A DNA stretch of 64,000 bases from positions 4,545 through 68,544 of the forward strand of contig JBBSUC010000029.1 of the NCBI GenBank assembly GCA_038235275.1. The letters run 5' to 3'. The notes below the pieces were generated by a model. It was not told the DNA's origin, did no database searches, and was given only the letters and a program-made list of their open reading frames with translations. The position numbers and the translations under genes were made by a program. The DNA comes from Cytophagales bacterium. GTDB lineage: Bacteria > Bacteroidota > Bacteroidia > Cytophagales > Spirosomataceae. Below, one piece after another: positions 55,045 through 64,000 of this stretch; position 1 is the stretch's first letter, and each line of letters starts with the position of its first letter.

Positions 55045-56869
55045 AATTTATAGATAATTGTTGGAAATTTGGAATACTTGAAAGACGTCGGGAATCACCT
55101 TTCCTAGGTAGAAGCTTAAATCTTGGAGAAAGTATAAAGGCCAAATGAAATACTCCTTCCATTGTTGGCATATAGTCCGGATTTTGCGAGTTTATGTTTG
55201 GATAAATTAATCCTCGTTGAACAGCTCTTTCGATTAACTTCCACTCAATATCGCCAATTGTATTTGTTATCTCAATTGATGATATCTGTTCTAAATTGAG
55301 TTTGTTATTATGGATATGATCGTACATAAAATTTCCAATTGACAAAATAAATTCATGCAATCCCGTTCCAAAGTTTTTTTCGATTCGATAACGATTCAGT
55401 TCACGCTCGGAAATTGACGTGAGAACCATGTTCTGATTGCTGTATGATATTACTGGCTGTGGTAACTCAATATGGATTGGTGATTTTTGCTTGTTATACT
55501 TACCTGATTCGACAACTGATAACATTTCGCTGAATATATCAATCAGCTTCCGAGGGTTAGCATCACCAACATTGATGACAGTTTTTGCACCACAGTACAA
55601 TTCCATATTTGATTTACCCGTTCGTGTTGCCTCATACTCTTTTAAATATAATAAAGCTCTTAATTTTCTCCCGAATTGATTACCAAATTTACCTATTTCT
55701 TTGCTAGCCAATAACTCAACACCCCGTCGCTTGGTAGCTTCGTTGGTATGCTTAAGAAAAAGCGAAAGCGTTTCATTTCCTATCACTAATTCCTCAATAT
55801 TTGCTAAGGTCAGCTTTTTCTTATTAGAATTCAAAATTTCATCATAGGAAATCATTTTATTATCCAATAGATATGATTTTCCGAACAAATCCTGAAAAGT
55901 ATAGTCAGCAAACTCTGGCTTCGACAATTGAGCTCGTTTCTTAAATAACTTGTAAGCGTTACTATTATTAGGAATTGCTCTGTATCCGAAAGAAACATCC
56001 TGATCAATGTATACGTATTCTACATCATGTCGAATATCTAGCGGTACGTTTAAGTTCGTTTCCAGAGTGTAGTGACAATAAGGTAACGTTGTAAATTTAA
56101 AGAAAATATTCCCCATATTCGCTCTCATATAGGAATTCAAGATTCTATGATGAAATTCGTCAAGCATCTCGATTTCGTCAATGCAGACAAACCAGGAAGT
56201 ATAGTCAGGAAATTGAAGTCCCCTACTAATAATCTTTATGCCATCGATAAGCGGATCATAAAGGTCAAGCTCAAAGGTAAGGCCGATCGGCTCTTCGTCA
56301 CGAACGATATTATATATTTTCTTTTCGAGATTACGCTTTGATCGGAGAGTAACAATTCGTTCCAGTTCTAATAGAATATCATCTATTGAAACTATTTTTG
56401 TGGCCTCAGGAAACCAAGTTCTCGAAAGGTTGCGTACTATTTCAACCTCCTTTACAACACGCTCTTCATCCACTTCAATGTAAGCAGAAAGGCAACTCCT
56501 AAATGTTTCAAGCAAAGCGATGCAAGAAGCAATATTCATTAGCCAACGAAAATGATATTCTTTTTCTTGATCATTCTGCCAGTCTTTGTTTTTTAGCCCC
56601 CCTACAAACTTTGTTTTTGTCGATATGTGAATCCCAATGTAAGTCTTATTTAGGATAATATCTTTGGCAATTACATTTTCCAATAAAGACAGATGATCAT
56701 GAGAAAGTACTTTAAGAAGTGCAGTCTTGCCTGAACCCCTAGATCCAATAATAATCTGGTTTTTAGGAGATAATAGTCTTTCAAATGAATGGGTCACTAC
56801 AAAAGTATCAACCAACTCCCTTTTGAGTAGGTAACGCGCATTATGTAGTGCAAACAAATTTCTATTCAT
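55034..56869 (-). CDS. P-loop NTPase (Walker A/B ATPase) of unassigned family
   Basis: 611 aa. Walker A IIIGSRGSGKTALLKVL. Putative Walker B FVCIDEIEMLDEFHH ~180 aa downstream (ABC/AAA_21-like spacing). Overlaps flanking genes by 4 and 11 nt. Confidence 0.65.
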   Translation of the reverse strand: MNRNLFALHNARYLLKRELVDTFVVTHSFERLLSPKNQIIIGSRGSGKTALLKVLSHDHLSLLENVIAKDIILNKTYIGIHISTKTKFVGGLKNKDWQNDQEKEYHFRWLMNIASCIALLETFRSCLSAYIEVDEERVVKEVEIVRNLSRTWFPEATKIVSIDDILLELERIVTLRSKRNLEKKIYNIVRDEEPIGLTFELDLYDPLIDGIKIISRGLQFPDYTSWFVCIDEIEMLDEFHHRILNSYMRANMGNIFFKFTTLPYCHYTLETNLNVPLDIRHDVEYVYIDQDVSFGYRAIPNNSNAYKLFKKRAQLSKPEFADYTFQDLFGKSYLLDNKMISYDEILNSNKKKLTLANIEELVIGNETLSLFLKHTNEATKRRGVELLASKEIGKFGNQFGRKLRALLYLKEYEATRTGKSNMELYCGAKTVINVGDANPRKLIDIFSEMLSVVESGKYNKQKSPIHIELPQPVISYSNQNMVLTSISERELNRYRIEKNFGTGLHEFILSIGNFMYDHIHNNKLNLEQISSIEITNTIGDIEWKLIERAVQRGLIYPNINSQNPDYMPTMEGVFHLAFILSPRFKLLPRKGDSRRLSSIPNFQQLSINFDA

Positions 56870-58074
56870 TCTTGCTCATTTACAAATATGATTCTATTTC
56901 CAACTGTTCCTCTACTGAGATTGTATCTGTCTTCAATGTCTTTCAGCAGCTTTTCTTGTTTTGTATTCGGTAAGTATTCCATATCTGCAATTCCTGAGAC
57001 TACATTATCAAAAAAAATAACTTTTTCACCTAGCCCAATTCTCTCAATATTTTGGGAACATTGATCCAAAATCTTTTCAACAGGTGTTTCATTACCGAAG
57101 GGATTTATAAAGTAAATCCCATGATTATCTCGACTCTCTATCCACTCATATAACGTAGGATCATAGGCAAATGACAAAACTTTTCCCTTACATGGCTTTT
57201 CATTAACTTCAATAATGTGGAACAGGTTACCAACGGCCCCTGCAATTTCGGAAGGGACTTCGCAAGAATAACTGCCTGAACATAAAATGTTGATAGTTGA
57301 AGTGCCATTTGGATTGATTACTGAAAAAAAAGGCACGTGTCGGTGTCCATGAATGACGAAGTGAAAATCGAATTCTGATAACAGATCCAACAAAGCCTGA
57401 GCATTCTGTATACAAGAGAATTCACGCCATGTCGGATGTGGATTAGTATATTGATACACATGGTGATGAACTACAAAGACTTTAAGTTTGTCTTCAAAAA
57501 CAGTCAATTCTAACATTTCTCTAAGCTTTGCCACTTGACTTAGCTCAATTAGACCGTAGTGACTTTTTTGTAATGGATCGTCATGCCAAGACGAATTGAA
57601 ACCGAAATACACCACATCATTAAATTCCCACTTCTCAATATATGGTTCTGCCACTAATGCAGATGATGAAAGTCTTGAGAAAATATGTTCAGGATCTTTT
57701 AAAGTATTGTATTTGTGTCGCTTTCTAAGTTCTCGCTCATTTTCTTGAATTGTTGAACCATTTAATACTGACCAATCTACGTCATGATTACCAGGGACAA
57801 AAATTACTTTCGTGTCTTCCATGTGAAGTTCAGAAAGCACCTTGCGCAAGAATACTTCTCCACAATCATATTCAACGAGATTGGATTGATGAGTAACATC
57901 TCCTGGAATTACTAGATAATCAATATTTCCGTTGCTATCCTGATAGATTTTCAGCGCTCTAAGAAATGAACTTACTTGCTTATCATCTTTGCTGTTTCCC
58001 TCTGGATAGGGACAAAGTTCTTTCGTTCTAGCGCGTACCCCAATGTGAAGGTCACTAATTACCAATATTTTCAT
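56866..58074 (-). CDS. calcineurin-like metallophosphoesterase (Mre11/SbcD-like fold) with C-terminal extension
   Basis: 402 aa. Motifs ISDLHIG, IPGDVTH, VPGNHD, VVHHH, HGHRH. First gene of the three-gene operon. Confidence 0.8.
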   Translation of the reverse strand: MKILVISDLHIGVRARTKELCPYPEGNSKDDKQVSSFLRALKIYQDSNGNIDYLVIPGDVTHQSNLVEYDCGEVFLRKVLSELHMEDTKVIFVPGNHDVDWSVLNGSTIQENERELRKRHKYNTLKDPEHIFSRLSSSALVAEPYIEKWEFNDVVYFGFNSSWHDDPLQKSHYGLIELSQVAKLREMLELTVFEDKLKVFVVHHHVYQYTNPHPTWREFSCIQNAQALLDLLSEFDFHFVIHGHRHVPFFSVINPNGTSTINILCSGSYSCEVPSEIAGAVGNLFHIIEVNEKPCKGKVLSFAYDPTLYEWIESRDNHGIYFINPFGNETPVEKILDQCSQNIERIGLGEKVIFFDNVVSGIADMEYLPNTKQEKLLKDIEDRYNLSRGTVGNRIIFVNEQE

Positions 58075-58524
58075 TTATCTTAAAAGGTAAAGCCTGACAA
58101 GTGTCTTATGATCTTGCCACCGCCTACTTAGAATGTGTCTGATTTGAGAAGATAAAAGAGTCCATTTTTGTACATTATAAGTGCCAGATCGAAAGTAATG
58201 ATACAATTTTGTCTCTGCCATCTTCCCGTATCTCGTAGTTTTCCCAGGTATTAAGTTGTGCGTATGTCTTCCGAAGGGAGACTGCATACTAAAATAAGAG
58301 GCCACTGATGGTCGGCCCCGTTCAACGGCCACCGTCGTCAAAAGCCGCATACTCCGCTAATCCTAATTTAATGGCGAGCCAGTTATATCGTGGCTGTTTT
58401 TTTCAAATATACTTTTTTTTGCGAGAGATTTTAAATATTTAACCATTTAGCTCTTTACACGCAAGAATCCACTTTTCCTCGTCCGTAGGCTTTACGGGAA
58501 CTCGCTTCACTAAATCCCTCCCCC

Positions 58525-60600
58525 TCACTTCCCCCGCGCAATCTCCACATCATGCTCCACCTCCGCCAGCTTCCCCGCAAAGGAAAACGGCTCAGCGGTG
58601 TGGAACAGAAAAGACGGTTGGTTGTACTGTTCGATGGCCGCCGCGTAGTTTTTCCAGTGCGTCACGCACTTTTCCAGCAGGGTGATCGCTTCTTTTTGGT
58701 AAGCCTTTTGGCCGTTTTGGCGATACTTCGCCAGGGCCACGCCCGCCCGCAGCTTGTCGGCAAAGTAGCGCGCGAAGTACGACCAGGCTGCCAGATCGGC
58801 CAATTCGGCGTCCAGCGTGGGCGTTCCTTTGCCCGTCCATTTTTGGGCGATGCCCAGGGAACGCTGCGCAATCCGGTCGAGGCTGTCGGCCAGTTGGGGC
58901 GGCGACAGGATGCCCGGCGCTACCTTTTCCCCATCGGCGAGGTAGGTTTTGATATTGACGAAGCGCAGCGTGTCTAGTACGGGATGGTCGATGATGTTAT
59001 TGATGTCGAAGAGAAAGTGCTTCCCTGCCCCAATCCAATTTCCGAAACTCTCGGTGTAGAGCGACAGGTCGTTTTGGCCCTTGTGGTAGGAAGCAAACAG
59101 CAGCGGCACCCGACTGGCATTTTTCCATCCGACCAGCAAATCTTTGGCTTTATCGGTCCCAAAGCGGTCGGCCAGCAGGTTTTGAAAAACGGTGTCCGGC
59201 GTGGTGTCGTCGTACAGCAACCGCCCCCACGACGCGTACCATAGCCATTGCCGCTGGAAATGCCAGTTCCAGGTCCGGTGCGGACCGTCTTTGCTGATAT
59301 AATCCTTAGCGGGGATTAGCCCCTCCGACCCCACGAAGCAGCCGCCCACGTAGTCGGCGCCGTTGTTGGTGATGAATTCCCGGATGAAATCGGGCTGTCC
59401 CCAGCGCAGCACGAAAAAGTCCTCGTTGCGCAGCGTCCAGACCACCTTGAACTTATCCGACACCGGGTTCCAGTAGGCATCCGACAGCTTGCCGCCGTGG
59501 ACCTGGAACAGGTTGGGCGACGAATGCCCGTGCGACCAGTTATACTTGAATTCCACGTAAGCCTCCGTCACGTCCAGTTCCTCGACCTGCTGTCGGCTGC
59601 GCAAGTCGTTCTCGGCACTGGTGGTGCCGCCCGATTTTTCGTTGGCGGAGAGCGGGGCGCGGTACACGAATTTGATCTTGCGCTTGGCGTCGCGCATCCC
59701 GGCCAGGATGGTGCGGTCGAGCCAGGCGCGGCGCTCGTTGGGGTTTTGGCCGCCCATGCGCTCGCCCAGCGTGATGCCCAGCCCGTCGAGGTCGTCGTAT
59801 TCGTCGATGACCTGCCGGATGATCTCGCGGGTGTAGCGCTCGGTGATTTGGGTCGTGTCGCCCGCGCCGATGTGCGCCCCCTCGTAGTTGCCCACGTTAT
59901 GGGCCCGCGCGAAGGAGGGCGACACGAAAATGTTCCAATTGATGATGTAGGTCTCGATGCCCCGCTCGTGCGCCATGCGGAAAAGCGCCTTCCAGAACAT
60001 TTGCCACTCACCCATCTCGAACTCGTTGAATTGCGTGGCCTCGGGGAAGTTCTTGGGAATGACCATGTAGTGAAACAAATGCTGCGACCACAGCGACAGC
60101 ACGTTGAAGCGGTTTTGGGCCATATTGTCGAGGTAGGCTTCCCAGAAATTCAGGTCGCGGCAGGTCCAGTCGTGCTGAGTCAGGGAGGGGCCATTGCGGT
60201 AGGCCATGTAGGGAAGATTGAACTTGACCGCCCGGAAACTCAGGCGGGGCCGCACGGTTTTGGCCGTGACCTGGGCCAGGCTTTTGCCCCAGCGCAACTG
60301 CTCACCCACGTCCAGCAAGCCGTACAGGGTGCCGTTGTCGTCGCCCGTTTGGAGGAGGAGTTGGTTGCCCCGCCGCTCGATTCGGTAGCTTTCTTTGCCT
60401 AAAGACACCTCGGTCGAAACCACCACGTACGCCGTGGTTGGGGCGGTTTCTTTGACCACGAAGCCTGCTATTTCCACCGATTGCCGGAACTGCCGCAGGG
60501 CGTAGTCTATTACGGGCGATTTGTTGGCCACGGCGATGGTAAGATCCTTGGAGAAAGCCGAAAACGGAAGCAACCAAAAAAGCAGGGCGAGTTTTTTCAT
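58525..60600 (-). CDS. secreted glycoside hydrolase-like protein (GH20-type N-terminal zincin-like domain + TIM-barrel suspected)
   Basis: Signal peptide MKKLALLFWLLPFSAFS. DDNGTLYGLLDVGEQL resembles the N-terminal domain of GH20-like hydrolases. 691 aa with no other firm motif. Confidence 0.45.
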   Translation of the reverse strand: MKKLALLFWLLPFSAFSKDLTIAVANKSPVIDYALRQFRQSVEIAGFVVKETAPTTAYVVVSTEVSLGKESYRIERRGNQLLLQTGDDNGTLYGLLDVGEQLRWGKSLAQVTAKTVRPRLSFRAVKFNLPYMAYRNGPSLTQHDWTCRDLNFWEAYLDNMAQNRFNVLSLWSQHLFHYMVIPKNFPEATQFNEFEMGEWQMFWKALFRMAHERGIETYIINWNIFVSPSFARAHNVGNYEGAHIGAGDTTQITERYTREIIRQVIDEYDDLDGLGITLGERMGGQNPNERRAWLDRTILAGMRDAKRKIKFVYRAPLSANEKSGGTTSAENDLRSRQQVEELDVTEAYVEFKYNWSHGHSSPNLFQVHGGKLSDAYWNPVSDKFKVVWTLRNEDFFVLRWGQPDFIREFITNNGADYVGGCFVGSEGLIPAKDYISKDGPHRTWNWHFQRQWLWYASWGRLLYDDTTPDTVFQNLLADRFGTDKAKDLLVGWKNASRVPLLFASYHKGQNDLSLYTESFGNWIGAGKHFLFDINNIIDHPVLDTLRFVNIKTYLADGEKVAPGILSPPQLADSLDRIAQRSLGIAQKWTGKGTPTLDAELADLAAWSYFARYFADKLRAGVALAKYRQNGQKAYQKEAITLLEKCVTHWKNYAAAIEQYNQPSFLFHTAEPFSFAGKLAEVEHDVEIARGK

Positions 60601-60717
60601 TTTGTTTATTGACTTGTTATTGGTAAAAAAGAGCGGACGACGGCTTCTTATATTTAACCTGCCGCCGAGTAATAATCAACCTGCTATTCTCCCTACGATC
60701 CTACTCCCGAAGTCTGC

Positions 60718-62442
60718 ATGAATGCCTGCAAAATCCTGCCATTTTTAGCGCTGTTCTTCCTTTCGCTGGTCAGTAAAGGACAGGTTCCGGCTTATTCTAC
60801 CGACCAGGAAGTCATCCAGCGGGGCAAAAAAACATTCGAGGCGAACTGTCTTTCCTGCCACGGAATCGAGGAAGGTGCCTTTGGGCCGAAGCTGGGCGGG
60901 GTAACGACCGTCAGGCCGTTGTCTGAGTTACTGGACTTTACCAGAAATCCTCAGAAGTACGTCGATCGAGCCGACGTACGAACGGTTGCTTTGGTTTCGG
61001 AATACAAATCCGTGATGCCCGCCTTTGAACAACTCCCGATGGCGGACCTGGAAGCGATATTTGCCTTTATAGACAATGAGACGAAGAAAAAGAATAGTCA
61101 ACCCAAAATAGTAAAGGCGTTCTCCGGCAAGAATAACGATCTGAGTTTTTGCCCGCCCGTTGCGCTGTCCAATCTGTGGATCGAGCTGGAAGATTTCGCT
61201 CAAATACCCCGACAGCAAAATGCTCCCGACGACAAAGGAGTGGCCACCTTACGCACCGACCCAAACGGCGGCGGCGATTTATTTGCGAGCGATCAAATCG
61301 GCCTCGTCTACCGAATTCACGACAGAGTACCACTGGTGTACCTTGACATTCGACAAGAACTGGACGATTTCATTTTCTCACCCGGCATCGGCACCGGACT
61401 GGGTAGTTTCGACTTTCACCCGAGATTCGGACAAAACGGTTTGCTGTACACCACTCACGCCGAAAAATATGCCGGAAGAGCGGCCCTGAATGACAACAAT
61501 TGGAGCGACACGATCGGGGTCGGTCTGCAATGGGTGGTGACCGAATGGAAGACTAGTACGCCAGAAGCGCCGGTTTTTCGAGGGAATAAACGGGAGGTGC
61601 TGAGGATTAACACGCCGACCACCGCCCACGGAATGCAGGACCTCGCTTTTGCCCCCGGATTAAGTGCCGATAATCCTGATTTCGGGTTGTTGTACCTCGG
61701 CGTTGGTGATGGCGGTTCCAACAACATCCGACATCCTGAGCTTTCCCATGATCCGGCCTCGCTGCTGGGTACCATTCTCCGCATCGACCCCTTAGCGAGA
61801 GACGCGCCGACCAAAACCTATGGCTACCCAGCCGACAATCCCTTCGTAAAACGCAAGGTACCGGACGCACGAAAGGAAATTTACGCCTATGGCTTTCGAA
61901 ATCCGCACCGGCTGGCCTGGGACGAGGCAAACGGAAATCGAATGCTGGTGGCCGACATTGGTGAGGCCAACGTGGAGGAAGTCGATGTGGTCGTGAATGG
62001 GGGCGATTACGGTTGGAGCAATCAGGAAGGTTTGTACGGAGTAAATACCAGAATCGACAAGACCGTCCTGTTTGAGTTGAGCGATTCGCAAAAACAAAAA
62101 ATCAACCTGCCGTTCGGGCAATACGACCACAGCGACGGCAATGCGATCAGCGGTGGTTTTATTTACGAAGGCCCGCTTCCGGCTCTGGCGGGTAAGTACG
62201 TTTTTGGGGACATTGTCACGGGCCGGTTATTTTATATGAATATCGACCCGGCTCTGTCCGATTCGACCATTTATGCCATCAATCTGGCCAACGAAGGCAG
62301 AGAATCGTCCATGCGGGAGTTGAGTGGACAGAAGAGAGTACACCTCAGAGTCGGCTATGACCGGGCGACGAAAGAACTCTTTTTGACGACCAAAAAAGAC
62401 GGCATGATTAGGAAAGTGGGTAAAGCTTATCTGAAAAATTGA
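60718..62442 (+). CDS. cytochrome c domain fused to PQQ-dependent soluble sugar (glucose/sorbosone) dehydrogenase beta-propeller
   Basis: Signal peptide. Heme-binding CLSCHG. The downstream beta-propeller has SGDH-like motifs (GLLYLGVGDGGS, YAYGFRNPHRLAWD, GGDYGW). Confidence 0.8.
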   Translation: MNACKILPFLALFFLSLVSKGQVPAYSTDQEVIQRGKKTFEANCLSCHGIEEGAFGPKLGGVTTVRPLSELLDFTRNPQKYVDRADVRTVALVSEYKSVMPAFEQLPMADLEAIFAFIDNETKKKNSQPKIVKAFSGKNNDLSFCPPVALSNLWIELEDFAQIPRQQNAPDDKGVATLRTDPNGGGDLFASDQIGLVYRIHDRVPLVYLDIRQELDDFIFSPGIGTGLGSFDFHPRFGQNGLLYTTHAEKYAGRAALNDNNWSDTIGVGLQWVVTEWKTSTPEAPVFRGNKREVLRINTPTTAHGMQDLAFAPGLSADNPDFGLLYLGVGDGGSNNIRHPELSHDPASLLGTILRIDPLARDAPTKTYGYPADNPFVKRKVPDARKEIYAYGFRNPHRLAWDEANGNRMLVADIGEANVEEVDVVVNGGDYGWSNQEGLYGVNTRIDKTVLFELSDSQKQKINLPFGQYDHSDGNAISGGFIYEGPLPALAGKYVFGDIVTGRLFYMNIDPALSDSTIYAINLANEGRESSMRELSGQKRVHLRVGYDRATKELFLTTKKDGMIRKVGKAYLKN

Positions 62443-62451
62443 GTAATTGAA

Positions 62452-63108
62452 ATGAAAAAGTGCTTCGTTTTACTTCTGCTGTTTATTCTCTGCCAAAACG
62501 CTCAGGCCCAGGAATCGGGAGGTTGGGTGTCGTTGTTTAATGGCAAAAATTTGGCCGGATGGTCCGTAGTGGGCGACTCAGCCACTTTCACGGTCGAGGA
62601 AGGGGCTATCAGAATGCACCGCAAGGCCAACACCCGCGAACACACCTTCCTGCGAACGGACAAAAAATACCGCGACTTCATCTTAGAGCTGGAATGCAAG
62701 CAAGAGGAGCGATTTCAGTACGGAATTCTGGTACGCGCCATCCCGGCTCCCGACACGGCGCACGTCCGCTTGTACGGGTATCAGCTCAAATTTGATCAAA
62801 ACAAAAATCGCCGGTGGACGGGAGCTATTTTCGACGATTTCGGCAATACCTGGCAATGGCTATCGACCCTTACCGACAACCCCGAAGCCCAAAATGCCCT
62901 TAAAGAAGCGGGGCAGTGGGATCATTACCGATTTGAATTGCTTGACGATACTATCAAAGTCTGGGTAAACGGCGTGGCGGCCAGTAACCTCGTCAATGGT
63001 AAATATCAAGAAGGGTACATTGCGCTGAAAATTCATTCTTTGGGCAACAATCCAGCGCTCGAAAAGCCAACGGCCTGGGTTAGAAATATCAGGATCATTG
63101 AAAAATGA
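62452..63108 (+). CDS. DUF1080 (3-keto-disaccharide hydrolase-like) secreted protein
   Basis: Signal peptide. WVSLFNGKNLAGWSVVGDSATFTVEEGAIRMH...GYIALKIHS is the DUF1080 LamG-like pattern. Confidence 0.8.
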   Translation: MKKCFVLLLLFILCQNAQAQESGGWVSLFNGKNLAGWSVVGDSATFTVEEGAIRMHRKANTREHTFLRTDKKYRDFILELECKQEERFQYGILVRAIPAPDTAHVRLYGYQLKFDQNKNRRWTGAIFDDFGNTWQWLSTLTDNPEAQNALKEAGQWDHYRFELLDDTIKVWVNGVAASNLVNGKYQEGYIALKIHSLGNNPALEKPTAWVRNIRIIEK

Positions 63109-63111
63109 TTC

Positions 63112-63831
63112 TCACCCTTTTTTCCGCCCCGCCGTACTGCTCAGCACCATCTTCCCGCCCGACTGATAATAATCGCACATCGTTTGCAGGACGCACTCGC
63201 TGCATTTCGGGTCGTACCAGGTACACACCCGCTGTCCGTGCCAGTAGAAGTGCTTGTGAAAATTGAAAAGTACCGTGGCGTCGGCGGGCAAATAGCTCAG
63301 CAAAATGTCGTGTGCTTTATTCGCGCTCACCTTCGGGCCAATCAGCCCCACGCGCTGCGTGACGCGGTACACGTGCGTATCGACGGGCAGCAGAGGCTTT
63401 TTGAAATTGAAGAGTAGCAAAAGCGTCGCCGTTTTGGGCCCGACGCCCGGCAGGTCGGTGAGCCATTTCAGGGCGGATTCGGTAGAGAGGTCATGCAGAA
63501 AGTCGATATTGGCTTCTCCTTTTTCCTCAAACAGTCGAGTAAGCACCTGCTGAATGTAGGGCGCTTTCACTTCGGGATAGGTGGCCATGCGGATGGCGTC
63601 AATAAGCTCGGGCAACGGGGCATCGCGGATGGCTTCCCAGGACGGAAAGCGCGCCCGCATGGTTTTGTAGGCTATTTCTTCGTTGGCGTGAGTGGTACGA
63701 TGCGAAAGGATGGTGGTAATCAGTTCGTGCATGGGGTCGGCGCGGCCGTAGATTTCCTGCACGCCGTAGACTTCGTTTAGCCGCTCGTGGGCCAGGATGG
63801 TTTTTGCGGCTAAATCGGGCAAGGCATTCAT
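63112..63831 (-). CDS. nth: endonuclease III-like HhH-GPD DNA glycosylase
   Basis: HhH motif LPGVGPKTA, a catalytic Lys/Asp region, and the C-terminal 4Fe-4S cysteine cluster CTWYDPKCSECVLQTMC. Confidence 0.85.
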   Translation of the reverse strand: MNALPDLAAKTILAHERLNEVYGVQEIYGRADPMHELITTILSHRTTHANEEIAYKTMRARFPSWEAIRDAPLPELIDAIRMATYPEVKAPYIQQVLTRLFEEKGEANIDFLHDLSTESALKWLTDLPGVGPKTATLLLLFNFKKPLLPVDTHVYRVTQRVGLIGPKVSANKAHDILLSYLPADATVLFNFHKHFYWHGQRVCTWYDPKCSECVLQTMCDYYQSGGKMVLSSTAGRKKG

Positions 63832-64000
63832 GCAGATAGTAGTCGGAGTGATGATGGAAGCCTTGAGTAGTTTCTGAGAGCCGATAGAATCAAAAAGACT
63901 GTTCCAGTAAACTCAAACCAAAAAAGCGCCGAACGGAAATACATACCGTAGGCGCTTTTGTTAATTTTTAAAGTTTTTTTCACAGTGTAATATTTTCGGA

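Noticed and set aside
58075-58350. 91-aa minus-strand ORF at the right edge of the AT-rich island
   Set aside because: It has no start context or homology, lies in AT-rich boundary DNA, and is likely spurious.
59497-60402. 301-aa plus-strand ORF inside the 58525..60600 hydrolase-like gene
   Set aside because: It is a GC-rich shadow ORF. The minus-strand product has a signal peptide and a coherent domain composition.

Overview
This window is a GC-rich chromosomal segment that looks like a Bacteroidota genome (Cytophagia/Sphingobacteriia-like); I infer this from a T9SS-type C-terminal sorting domain, a GldA-like ABC ATPase, a GT11 fucosyltransferase and DUF1080/PQQ-dehydrogenase genes. Recognisable core genes are ribBA, ilvE, uvrA, coaX, cysS, gcvP and nth. 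Accessory content is: (i) a CusA/CzcA-type heavy-metal RND efflux operon in which the pump ORF runs without a stop into a TolC-like outer-membrane factor; (ii) an ECF sigma/anti-sigma pair whose sigma gene carries an in-frame TAG; (iii) a lower-GC, ~9-kb all-minus-strand glycan cluster (five glycosyltransferases, a fucosyltransferase, a SAM methyltransferase and a Wzt-type ABC ATPase with a C-terminal carbohydrate-binding module, but no Wzm permease), which abuts a cysS gene that appears 5'-truncated; (iv) an RNA-repair-like locus made of a WYL regulator, a truncated tRNA-like element, an SPFH protein and an N-terminally extended RtcB; (v) a sharply AT-rich ~5-kb island holding a Dam-family adenine methyltransferase convergent with, and overlapping, a three-gene operon (calcineurin-like phosphoesterase, P-loop ATPase, unknown protein). 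This last island is the best candidate for an undescribed restriction/defence-like system. No CRISPR array, rRNA or canonical IS transposase was found. All calls rest on reading the supplied translations and the DNA by eye; no database searches were run.
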